Source of the DNA: Fimbriosthenelais zetlandica
Lineage: Eukaryota
DNA length: 64,000 nucleotides
Reading direction: 5' to 3'
Assembly (NCBI GenBank): GCA_977030845.1
Contig: OZ365112.1
Span: forward strand, 6,200,001-6,264,000
In this document: piece by piece, positions 1 to 11,800 of the stretch
Layout: each line of letters starts with the position of its first letter
Position numbering within the stretch: the first letter of the stretch is position 1
Translations under genes and position numbers: made by a program
The notes under the pieces: generated by a model
Told to the model about the DNA's origin: nothing
Databases searched by the model: none
Seen by the model: only the letters and a program-made list of their open reading frames with translations

Positions 1-90
1 ATCGTTTTAACTTAAAAGTTAATTTTGTGCGACTGAAAAAAATAACATTACATTGGAGAATCAAGTGAATGAGGATCGAGTGAAAGTAAA

Positions 91-96
91 ACTTAC
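91..96 (-). other. 5' splice donor (G|GTAAGT)
   Basis: Plus-strand ACTTAC at 91-96 is the consensus GTAAGT. It closes the 1248-nt exon in phase 1. Confidence 0.8.
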
Positions 97-1344
97 CATC
101 GGTGTAATAGTAGCTCCCATTTTCATCTTTTCTATCATCTTCCTCATCAAAATTATCATCTTCGTCATCGTACTCCTCCTGGGATATGCTGCTGTTAGAA
201 TACACATAGGAGACATTTCCCCACACGTCTAACCTCCCCGCCTCAGAACCCCCAGGCAAACTCTCATTGAAAGTTAAATTAGTCCTCCCCTCACTCAAAC
301 TCACATTTAAGTCTTTAGCCTTGCCGTAAAGTGTCTCCTCCACGACCCAGCCATGGTCGTGTGAGGTGGTGAAGTTTACACTAGGTGAAATATTTTGTTG
401 GCTTTGGGCTCCATCTTCTGCTAACATTTCTTCCCCTTCCCATTTCCCATCTCCCGGTTCCCCCTGTAATGAGGAGGAATTATGACTGGGGAGGAGCTCT
501 CTTCCCATCTCCCCCTCCTCCTCTTGCTCTCCCAATTTCCCGTCACCTTGGAAGTCTGTGGAGGAAGTGAGATTATTAGGTGAGGTAATTGTGTCATTTC
601 TGTGGTCTGTTTGCTCAGTAAAAATCTGTGATGACACATCCCCTTGGGAACTACCATTGTTACTATTCCTTCTGCTGTTCCCTCCCGTGTCCTCACTCCC
701 GTCCAGGGAGGAGGTTTTCAGGAGGGACTCCTCATCCCTAGCACTATGTATAGATGACCTATTCTCCCCTGATTTGGTGACATCCTGCTTTGCAATTATT
801 TGTGAACTCGACTGGTTAGCTTCAAGCTGACCCGTGTCACTAAGTAAAGCTTCTGTGTCATTACTCAAAAGAGAGAAGGTTTTCCCTTGAGGGGGAAGCT
901 TTGGCTGTTGGGACAATTTTAAAAGACTATCTTTTTCGATATGTTTGTTATGAATCTTGTGTGGTTTACTTAGTACTTTCTGCAAGGCATTCTTGACAAC
1001 GGTCTGGGTGGATAGGACTGGGGTGTGTGGCGACACACCAATGAGGTGGTGATGTGAAGAAGAGGACGATGATGAAGAAGTAAAAGACGAGGTGGTGTTT
1101 GTGATGGACTTCAAGTTTGATTGTTGGGCCACATCTGAAGTGTTAACTTTAGCTGGGGCGGAGTCTGTGGCTACGTGGCCGTGTGGTGGGAGGAGCCATG
1201 ATGGTGTAGGCGGTCTGTGGAGACTGCTGATAGTGGGGCCGGGGGTTGAACCATGGGTGAACAGGTGGTGAAGGGAGGAGGGTGACGTAGGTGTCACCTG
1301 ACCCTCCCTCCCAGCCGGCGTTGACTCTCCCCTCACTCTCCAAC
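97..1344 (-). CDS. Large internal coding exon (1248 nt, phase 1-1): Cys-free, S/T/P/G/E-rich, heavily N-glycosylated mucin/proteoglycan-like extracellular spacer; gene not recognised
   Basis: Manual translation: the minus frame has no stop from 1366 to the window edge at 1 (about 455 codons). The ORF track probably missed it because it has no in-window stop. Acceptor ...CTAATgcgatttttttaaattttCAG|GT at 1345/1344 and donor GATG|GTAAGT at 97/96. Length is divisible by 3. Peptide begins WRVRGESTPAGREGQVTPTSPSSLHHLF and ends SQEEYDDEDDNFDEEDDRKDENGSYYYTD. 17 of 25 Asn lie in N-x-S/T sequons. Confidence 0.85.
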
Positions 1345-1370
1345 CTGAAAATTTAAAAAAATCGCATTAG
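1345..1370 (-). other. 3' splice acceptor with branch point and polypyrimidine tract
   Basis: Minus strand CTAAT (1370-1366), then T-rich tract, then CAG ending at 1345. The upstream in-frame stop TAA (1369-1367) lies inside this intronic segment. Confidence 0.8.
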
Positions 1371-1502
1371 AAATTGATGCTAACCTTATTAATCGTTGGG
1401 CAAATGGCTTCAACTTCCCATCCACAAAGCAGGCTCAATGACCAAATTCCTGTCAGTCTATTAATCGATTTTGTTCTTTATCCAAGGAAGTGTAGCAACC
1501 AG

Positions 1503-1552
1503 GAGCCCATTTCAAAACAAAAATTAGTCAATTTTTCTTTTGAAATAGGCCC
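1503..1552 (-). mobile_element. Tiny hairpin MITE, family 1 copy 1 (PIF/Harbinger-like), internally deleted
   Basis: Arms including flanks (1500-1525 and 1530-1555) match 22/26 as an inverted repeat. Flanked by CAG...CAG direct repeats. Homologous to 5194-5260 in inverted orientation. Confidence 0.6.
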
Positions 1553-4500
1553 CAGATTTCAGCGCAATTTCTCTTTTGTTCCCTGACAAGTTACTCTGTT
1601 ATGGTTCAAGAAAATGGATGTCAATCCATATTGGATTTGGCATTCTTTTGTTGTATTTCTAGCGTGCTTTACTGTAAGGTGCATGGAGTGGAAATTTTGC
1701 TAATTACCAAGAGACAAGGCATTGGTATTGGGTTGCTACTTGAGATAAGACGCAAGAAATCGATTGAGCAGAGTTCCTTGAGTGAAGACAATCGAACCCT
1801 AGGAATGAAACATGGGAACACTCGCCTTCAGAAATGGTTCAGATTTCAGAGCTGAAGTTCCTATTTAGGCAATGTCAAGAAAAGAAGGCTAGATACAATA
1901 CCGCCTTATCATGTGTCATCCAACAAGCCATGGAACGTGGGAAAGAAAAACAGAATCCTTCTGTGTTGGATCATTCACATAGAGGTACAGATACGGCTTT
2001 CCCATGCATGGTGTACCTCAATCCATCATAAAACCTGTATACCTGCTAATGTCCTCAGGGTACAACCCTTCTTTCCTGAGTGCTTTCATACTCAACTTTT
2101 CCTGTTAGTTCTCGTCTAGAAAGAGATGTATTACATTCTACGAAAAACAACTACTTCTACGTGGATTAAAAACTATTAATCCTTAACTAATGCAGTCCTA
2201 CGAATGACACGTATTATGTACTTAAAACAGACCCATGTATCACCATCTCTGAGAGGAGTGCTTCCCACATAACCCATATTATATAGGCACTGTGGCCTGA
2301 AGGACTTAAACAATCCTATTTCATGACATAAACATTATGATGGTGTTCACTATCTATAGCTAATTATAGTGCGCATCAATATAACAAAGGGCACCTGGGG
2401 ATGTAGATAAGGGAATATAATCAGGGAAGTTGAGAGGATGAACAGGAAAAACTAAAAGAACACGAAGAAGTAACGAAATGAGCTAAGACCATACATACTA
2501 AGCAAAACAGAGGACCTCTTAGAACAGGCTCTATCTCCGAGATCGATGTCCCAACAATACATACCGTCAATGCAGCACAACAGTCAACTACACTGCTTGA
2601 CAGAAACCAATGAATAATCTTCCGGCTGGATACACCTATGACGTCTGTGGGGCATTATATGGATGGTTTCAGCCCAAGATTAGGCGGCTTGGCCCCTTCC
2701 TGTGCCTTCAGGAAGAGGCCCTCGGCAAAGAGGGGGAGAGAAAGAGAGAACAAGAAGGAGCAATTCCAATAGGTGCCTAGGCATGCACATATAGTGAAAG
2801 AAGTGAATGGTTTGCTATTTGTGTCCTTTCTTCGATAACGTTGCATATATGAGAAAAAGAGAGGAGGAGGCAATATGAGAGTGTATATAGAGCTTAAGTT
2901 GCAGCAATAATCACTCTCCTCAATATTATTCCACTTACCAAATAAACACATCAGTGTACCCGGTACTTCACAGAGAGGGCAATGACCGACACTTGCTTTT
3001 GTACTTTGAGAAATAATTTGCTTGAGTCAAATCTGTTACATAAATAACTCATGGTCTTGGTGAAGGACGGTATATTAGTGGGGCTTACATTTGTCACCCA
3101 TTCTGTTATTAATTAAAGAATTATTCATTTCGCATGACAGTTGCATAATTTATGACATCATTTGTTACGCAATAATGAATTCCGTGTACTAAAGCTATCC
3201 TTCATGTATTCATATCAAGTGATTCCATCACAGAGATAGCTGTACACAACTACTGCCCTACATCTATCACCATAATCACTAGACCAGAGCAAGACATGAG
3301 AATGAGAAAGTCAAGGGAATGAGAAAGGCACCATTTTGTGTTAAAATACAATTAGCCTGGCGGCGATATGTCTAGATTATACATAATAAAGCATGGCTGG
3401 ATAAGGAAGAGGTGTCAGATATGGCTATACATAGACAGTGCCATGTCTCATCGGGCCTTCACCCCAAGTGGGTAAATCCCAAGGATCTCATATTTTTCAA
3501 ATTTGACTCCAATCAGTCTCTTACCGAGTTGTATATTATGTTCAATGTGTATTGCATTTTACCTTTAACCCAAGGTATATCATCCATCGCTGAAGATCAA
3601 ACCGTCAATAACAGTGGAGAGGGTTTAGCATATACATGCAGCTCTAATACTGCACTGTTTGTGGGGAGATAAGTAGAGGATTTCACATTTATAAACACAG
3701 ATATCTATCAAAAAATGAGCTTTTACTTCAGAGGGAAATGGAATAGATCCAAGATTTTACCCTATATATGTATATAAAGTGAATGTAATTTAAGTGCTGA
3801 GGCTTATCGCATAGATATCACAGAAAGAAGCAGTGGGGGTCTTCATCTCCTGGGATGAAATGAAATGACGATTATTGTGTGGAGCCCAAAGGAGGAGGAC
3901 AGTGCTCATGCCAGGGCAAAAACGAAGCATATATGAGTAAATGAATTGCCTCCAGCTAGAATAAAACCTTTCACGGTGTGGAACATCACGAAGCAATATC
4001 AGCCAAATCCTGCACCTCATATATCAAGTAATCACATATTACGTCTGGCGATCAGCTCCCAGCCTGGTCTTAATTAATTATATTATATTAAGGCCTTAAT
4101 GAAAAGCTGCGGGTTCTGCGAAGGAAAGGCAGGGGTGAAGCCATTATATCACTGATAGCTATTTTGAATTAACTCGTATGATAGTAATGACATTATGAGG
4201 CTTTATACGAATGGGAATTATGAGTAATATTAATCCTGGTTATGAAATAAAGTCGATCTCATTTCATAACCGTCCCATTCCTGATCTAAAATGAAGTTCT
4301 TTCAAAATATCCATATAATAGGTTTCATTATTGGTATTCAACCCACAGTCCCATCCAAGCCCTCACTGACAGGATTCTGGATGATTCTAGAGCACCCACA
4401 CTATAGGACTCACAGATATTGAGTGTTACTTGTATGAGAGGGCATCAAAGCTCAAGTGAAGAGCTGGGCCTATGACTCAGCTTCAGCCTGTAAAGTAGTA

Positions 4501-5193
4501 TAAAACACCCAGACCAGGCCATGATTGGATCTCAGTCATCCAAGCATTTCATCACTCAAATTCATCTCTGTCAACAAGTGAATAGGGCAGGTTTTTTACA
4601 ACTTCTAACCTAGCCAAGCCCGGGTCTTATAGTCTAGCCTACAACTGGAAGAAGGAGGAGGAATGGGAAGGGGGCAATTCAGCAGCGTGGTGCTGGCACA
4701 TCTCAACAACCACCTCAAGGATGTCAGGGAAGGTGATACGAACACCGTTATTGATGACACTTTAAGCTTGATGACCGTGCCTGGCTCAGTCCCAAGGCAT
4801 TTTCCTCCAGGCAGCCAGCAGCCACTGGAGGGCTTTCTCACCATTGGCCCTTATCACTCCACCCACCTCCTCCAGTACAAGAGTCCCAGCCGTACCACAA
4901 GAAATAGACAGGGCCAGGATAGCCTGACTTATGCCTCCACATTGCTGTTCCTTTCACCCCTGGTTGAGGTTCAGACGTAAGCAAGGGGTTCGCTTACAAT
5001 GTACGGGGCTTGGGGTCTGGGGAAGGCCATCCATTCCACCAGGGATGGAGTCTGCTTTATATTCTGTGAGGCCAAGTGTAGTACAGGGAATCGCTACCTT
5101 GTGATGGCCTCTCCTCTCAGCAATTCTGACATTAGTAGTATACGAAAAGTGTGAATGATCTCAGGATTCAGATGCCTGATTTACATTGCTCTG

Positions 5194-5260
5194 GGACCTA
5201 TTTCAAAAGAAAAATTAGCAATGCTAAGTCTATGGCTAATTTTTGTTTTTTAATGGGCTC
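5194..5260 (+). mobile_element. Tiny hairpin MITE, family 1 copy 2 (PIF/Harbinger-like)
   Basis: CTG|GGACCTATTTCAAAAGAAAAATTAGC...GCTAATTTTTGTTTTTTAATGGGCTC|CTG. Ends match copy 1 at 25/26 and 24/26. 3-bp CTG direct repeats. Confidence 0.6.
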
Positions 5261-5814
5261 CTGATTCCAGGAATAGGCCTTATCTTTATTATTCTATTAG
5301 GTTAACGTAGAATATTTCTAATATTCTTAACTAAACTGGGTGTCCCAATATTATTTTTAAAATACTTATATAGGCTTATATGTCAGACGGTAAAGATTTG
5401 AGGAACGTCAAAAGTTTGCTTTCTTAATTCACATCTTGAAGGATTAAGAAAGCTTAATGAGGACTTTAAGGAGGGTATAATGAGTAACCTTTAGCTTCAT
5501 CACAAGGTAAAGTGCCCGGTAACAGCTAGTATGAAGTAGCCACTAATCCGCCGGCTTACACAGCACCTTCTCTGTAATCAGGATAACTACGTCCGGGATG
5601 GGACAGTCTTCCACTGCAGCCTTTTTTGAACGCCGGAAGATTGCAATCAAGTAAAGTGTCTAGTGTACTTCTGCTAATGGCATCTGAATAAGTATGATAT
5701 ATAGCTAACACATAATATATCTCACAATATGAAGCTAGGGCTCAATGGACATTGTCTCAAGCCATAGAGCCATAGTTGTTATAAAATACCCTGCTGTTAA
5801 ATACTTTTACCGAA

Positions 5815-5897
5815 AAAGGTAAAATCTTACAGAAGGCACATGCCATCTGTAAGATTTTACCTTTCTTTTTAATATTTCCGCAGAAATATTAAAAAGA
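5815..5897. repeat. Two abutting perfect inverted repeats (19-bp and 15-bp stems)
   Basis: AAAGGTAAAATCTTACAGA (5815-5833) / TCTGTAAGATTTTACCTTT (5846-5864). TCTTTTTAATATTTC (5864-5878) / GAAATATTAAAAAGA (5883-5897). Confidence 0.9.
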
Positions 5898-8800
5898 GTC
5901 GGTACTATGTTTTGTTCAGAAATAAATGCAATGTCGAGGTGTCATTGAGCTAGCTTAAAATTTAAGCCAGTTCCAGATGTTCTCACAAGCCAGGAATGCC
6001 TGTCAAACTACAACAGGAATTCTTCCGGATCTTCAAGACTGATTTTCCAGGGGAAGGATTGAGATAAATACTGTCTTTAATTTGCTTTAATCACCAAACG
6101 CTGTCGGTCGTTTGAAGGTGATAAGCCGATTGTGTTTCTTTGGAGCTCCTACCAGCTCAAAATCAATGATTGGAAAAGTGGGCAAGAACGATAACAACCT
6201 CCTCAGATATGAACAATACGATTTATCATTAGTTCCATTAAAACCGAAACAAGACAAGAAATAACATCACAAGACTCCCTCTTCTCTCTGCCCTCGAAAT
6301 TAAAATGGGGCTTAAAAGGATGAAACAACCTTGTTATGTCTTGTAATTAGATTTGGGCCGGATTTCATGGGTTGTTATTTTGGAAGGAGGGTCGGTGAAT
6401 TGGAGCAGCTTTCCCAAGCGGTGAACCACATGATAAGCATGTAAGCTTCTCATTATTCGCTAATTTTCCCGGCTGTGAGCTGGACCCAAACCATACTGTG
6501 GTGGAGGATAAGGAGTCCATGAGATGGCCTTCTCTTATATATATATACAATCAGGAAATCACAGAAAATGAATCGAAATATAAATAAGGGGCAGGTTATG
6601 TTTCGGAAACCCCTTGCAATACCACCTAAAAGATTAAATAATCCTAACCCATACACACGACCATTGAAGACTAACTAATGCCTCTTCTCAGATTGTTTTC
6701 TCCTCCTTGGCTCCCAACGACTCCACGGGGCCTTCCGTTGACTTCATTAAGACACTGGTGGAGACGGGTCAATGCCACCTTAATGGTCGAATCCAACCGG
6801 AAACTCAATGGGCACTAGTCGCTGATTGGTTGCAAAAGCTGGGTTAACTCAGGCTGGTCTTGAGAAGGAAAATGTCATTTGGAGGGAAGAGGGCGGAGCA
6901 GTAGGCCTACAAATACCGGGAGAAGGCACGTGACTTACCTTCATCTGGAGGTTGAGTTTGTTGGGGGAAACATTATAGAGGCATGGAGAACCAGAGTGAC
7001 TGAGGAACACTTCAATGCTATTATACCAAATATTACGATTCGATGATAAGCCAAATTGAAGACACACATATCAGAAGAATATATTCAAGAGAAGAGAGAC
7101 TCAACTTATGAAGCACCTGACCAATGTAGGAACAATCCAGTCGGCTTCAATAAACATTCGTATTATGTGGACTTTCGCATAAAGCATGTTGATGACTACC
7201 CAGCTAAAATGAAAGAAGTGCCCTTATGTCATTTGGGCTTCTCAAAATTATTTATCATAGGCTGTAGACAGGGCCCAATGTGGAGGGCCTGGTGACGGAG
7301 GTGAGAATCTGTCCCACTAAACAGTATGTTGTCCCATCGGATCACAGTAAGCCGCTTATCTAGGCCTGGCGATCCTTCATCTGGGCCGCATGGTGAGAAA
7401 CAAACCGACTGAGCTGACACGCCATGCACCCTGTAAACCTTATATACGGCCTCATATTTCACCTCCCGCTGAGGACAATCACATCCTACCTATCACTCCT
7501 CCCATATACTTTACTGATAAAATCTCAAATCAAATCTAATTTAAATCCCAGTCGGGGTGGAAGGTATGGCTTGGGCTTCTCCACCTACAGTCACAAACAG
7601 TGAAAGTTAGCGATGCTTGCTACGGGCTTTGAGGGTTTGAGACTTTAGGTTGCCGTGAGAAGAGGGTCAAGAGTTTGAGTAATGTTATTGCAACAGGTCA
7701 GAGAAGTGTTATTGGCGCCTGGGAGGTCAATGCCTTGGGCTGAGAGGTAATCATTGGTCATTCAAGATGGTCAGTGCCCCTTTGAGCTTCTCGGTGAGCT
7801 GGTCAGTGGAGAGGTTGAGAAGCAAGAATTGGGGTCAGTTACCCCCATAGATTTCCCAATACTACCGGGAATCCAATAACCCCTGACTCATTATCTGCAC
7901 ATATCTTTACCGGTAGATGGGTCAGTTTGCCACTTACATGACGACTCTGTTATGTGTTATCTTCAGAATGGACCTTCTATATGGCAGGTCAGCATGCAAG
8001 TTAGCATTCAAATCAAATTCAAATAGGCAGTGGGTTAACACGCCTAATGTCAAAAGAATCGGACCACAGGAGGCTGATATATATCATTATCGATTACTAT
8101 AGCCACAGTCAATAAGTCCCCGAGGAGCAATAGCCAATTCAGGCTTTATCTACTCCAGGTCAGTGTCATGTAAAATCCTCACCGATTAATCCCATTGGTA
8201 TGATACCTGGGTTCCTTATCAATTTTTCTGTCAGAAGCTCTGAGTATTCGGGGATGGTGCACTCGGGTTAGTGCACCAGCTGGCTGACAGTAAGCTGATC
8301 AGTGGTCCAGGGAGACACCTTCCCACGCAATCAACTCTGGATCAATCAGTCCTTTCTAAACATTCTGAAAACAATTGCAAGCAAGATATTTGCATACAGA
8401 TTCCTTAGAATTTTTCAAAATGATGAAACTATTCTACGAAGGAGAATTCTAAGGCGTGACTCATGCAGATTTCAGTGGTTAATTCTGATATCAACTCCGC
8501 GGAGTTGAGGGACAAAGACCCAGACTTTCACTGATAGTGTATTTTAGGAACAGTATACCAGATGTGATCGAAGAAAATCTCGAAGTACATTCAGAAGTAT
8601 AAGAACTGTCCACGCAGCAGAAGCGGAGAGCCGGATGTGAAAATAATGGTGGATCGGGGACTGGATTTATAAGGGCCTGAGGCACCTGAGAGATCTTTGT
8701 GAGGACACCTTTGGGGTGTGCTCTAATGAGCTATTAGTGATGGACAGAGGTATAGATGATTCCAACCACCTGGTGCACCAGCCATCCCAGTCCACAGATC

Positions 8801-11800
8801 AACTCGGAAGTGTATCAGTCACATCAAGTTAAAAACATTTCATCAACGAGGTGCCCTTTTAGTTGCATTCAAAAGCTACCCTTTAGTCTGGAGAGGCTGA
8901 TGCAACTTGGTATATTGACTTGGCTCTGCTTACTTCGGAGACCTGACAACAATGGACTACATGGTAATGACCGTTTTCTACCGGAATTAACTGAATCAGA
9001 ATTAACTGAGCATGCGCAAGATTTGTCGATTTGAACATTTAACCAGATAAAATTAGCTTCAGTTTAATCAGATGTCCTCGATGGTCCACACCAGGGGTAA
9101 TTATTATACTCCAATCTTCAGACACAATATACGTGTTGGACAGGAAAGCCATGACTCCCTATAGTCCATTAGAGACTTAGCATTGAGAGAAAAGGTTTTA
9201 AAAGCACTGCATTCCCCATAGATATCTGAAGGCAGCCATCTAATCGAGCCAAGCCTAAAGGTATGAGGCTGCAAGTGGCACTCCAGGACTGCGCCCTGAA
9301 GATGCGCAAACAATCCTTATCAATTGTCAAGCCACTAACAGAACTTTCATCAAAGAGTAATAATATTCCTGAGAGCAAAACAAAGTCACCAGTGTTCCAG
9401 TCCCGTGTTTCTTGAGAGCGCATGTCCAATCTAAATCGATTTCTGGTGCCTTTAATGTGCAAACAAAGGCTGCGAAAATGAGATTGGCCCATGGAATTTG
9501 ATCCATGGGCATCAGCTGCTGATTGGAAAGAGGGGAATGCAAAAGGGTTCTTTAGTTACCAGGCACAATACAACGTGATCTGAATTAGAAACACCAACAC
9601 CAAGTATAGTTTTGATCCCGCAACTTGATTGATTCCTGACGACGATGGCAACTTCTAGCATTACTCTTGCTGACACATGATTATAGGCTTCGACAGAAAG
9701 TTTCACTTTACCAACTTGGAACAAAAGATAGATATTTCATGGCATGAATCTCATGAATCCCGAACACCACGGGCTTTGTTTGACACATCAATGATATGAG
9801 ACTCAAAACGAAAGCTTCAAGTTCTGAACAGTGGCTTGGAAAATCAAATCAAATTCTCCCTTATATGGACAGCTTACAAGATGAAAGACCCAAATCAAGT
9901 GAATATCCCTTTACATTCGAGCCAGCGTAGTGGATGTTATCGATTTGCTTTCACTGCTTATTGAACATTTCATATAAGAATGACCTTGATGGCAACCCCA
10001 CCTTGTTAAGGGCCAAATTTTCTGTTAACAGTACATGCCCCAAGCTTTCTAAACTGACAGCATCTTAAGAAGGCTATCTAAGTAGAGTACAGCCTATTAT
10101 TGAGTGGTTCTGCCTGGCTGTGCTCCCCTTGGTGTCTGCCTCAAACTCTTGACTGGGCATTATCAAACCTGTATTAAAGACTAGCCTGCCCTTAGCTCCA
10201 AATTCCCTGCTTTGAAGCTGACAAATAGTGGACCAGTGTGGGGTCCGCAGAAATAAGACCAATATCTGCTTCAGAATGTCTGAAGATCTCGGCGGCTCCA
10301 ACTTGAGTAAGAAAAAATATCTAGAAGTGGGAGAAAACAAGCAAATCTATTGGAACTCCTCGAGCCTATAATTCCTTTCCACTGTAAGGGAACTGTAAAG
10401 GCTGGGTGCTTGTCAAGGGCAAGTCTGAGGCGTGACCCCCTGTCTTTGATGCATTCAGTTGTATTTGCAAAGAGATTAATGGTCATAAATAAAAGCAAAC
10501 AGACTTTCCAATAGACCACGCTCGAATAGGAATGCCAACCGTACACATATTATGTAGGGATTTCTTAAACAACATTCAGATATTGCTGCATTCAACATCA
10601 GTAATCCAAGAGGAATATAGCTTGTTGGGCTATACATGTACATGCAGTTTCTTTGGTACGAAACTGAATTCAACAATGGTAAGTCGGCATATCACTGAGA
10701 TATAAGGAAGCATCTGGTAAATTGTCGAGCCTGACCAGTATAAAATAGGCGAGCATTTTCAAAATAAGTTGATTATCTTTCGACCCCGTCACATTCAATA
10801 TGATTTCATGTAAATCGAATTACAAGCCCCACTGGAAAAAAATCCCGTTGAAAATCAAGCAGGCGGGATCCCAGACAGCAAAATCCAATTAATTCCAATT
10901 TAACTTCATAGCATGCCAGTAGGGTGCTGCAAGTGTGAATACTCGTTTCAAAATTTGACTTTGTGTGAATTTTTACTTCCAAATGTTGATTGATTATTCC
11001 TTTATTAAAGTCAAATCAAGATTGGAAGAGTGGGGGCGAAGATACTTCACTGGTTGACGAGAAAGATGCAGAGCGGAAATAGCGGATTGAAGGTTTCTAA
11101 ATGAATGGTTCTGCTGCAATGATGGAACTACAAAGGTTATGAACAAAAGTTTAAATGTTAGGTTATGAATCAAAAGTTTCAAAGCAATGTTATAGCAGAA
11201 TAATGTAAACTTTAAGAGGAAAACCATGAATTAATAAATTGAAATATCACAGCCTTAGATTCAGGTGGATACCAACTGAATATATGACAGAAATGAACAA
11301 ATAGAAAAAGAAAAAGTCGTTGGAAGTTCATTTGAAATTTGAGACAATCAGGAGGAAGTATGAGAAAATCAGAAGGGAGAATATAAATTATAGAATCGTA
11401 GACAAGATAATGACATGACCGCAATAGACAATGGAATTCAGCCTTCTATCGTACCGCCTTTCATATTGTGACGAAGAAAGCAATAATGAAATATGCCAAG
11501 CGCACGACAAGAATAGCCTTTGCATGAGGTTTAAGGCAGCTCGTCAGCCCACCATCTCTAATACGCTTGGGGAATGAGAGAGACCTTTGGCATTTAAATC
11601 GATGGAGTGTCAGTCAATGGGAGCTAAGTAACCATCCCTTCTCTCTTTCCTATACCAGATGTGAAATAGCAAAGTCCGAATGACACAACGGGCTTATACA
11701 ATGTAGCTACCCCACAGATAACCCATCGGGGGGCTTTAAGTGGGCCAATAAAATTTATAAGGGGCGACACCCCGATTCCTAGTTAGGATAATCAAAATAG

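Noticed and set aside
1-96. Coding continuation to the window edge
   Set aside because: The frame stays open for 32 codons, but a perfect GTAAGT donor giving a symmetric exon and an abrupt shift to T-rich sequence favour intron.
5815-5897. Rho-independent terminators
   Set aside because: Eukaryotic context, AT-rich stems, and no upstream bacterial gene.
6933-7020. Exon ending at the strong AAG|GTAAGT donor (6939) as partner of the big exon
   Set aside because: The phase-1 frame hits TAA 11 codons upstream with no intervening AG acceptor.
10755-10855. ATTTTCAA/TTGAAAAT termini as another MITE (and a similar case near 21883-21980)
   Set aside because: Only about 8 AT-rich bp match and there is no internal symmetry. 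Chance level.
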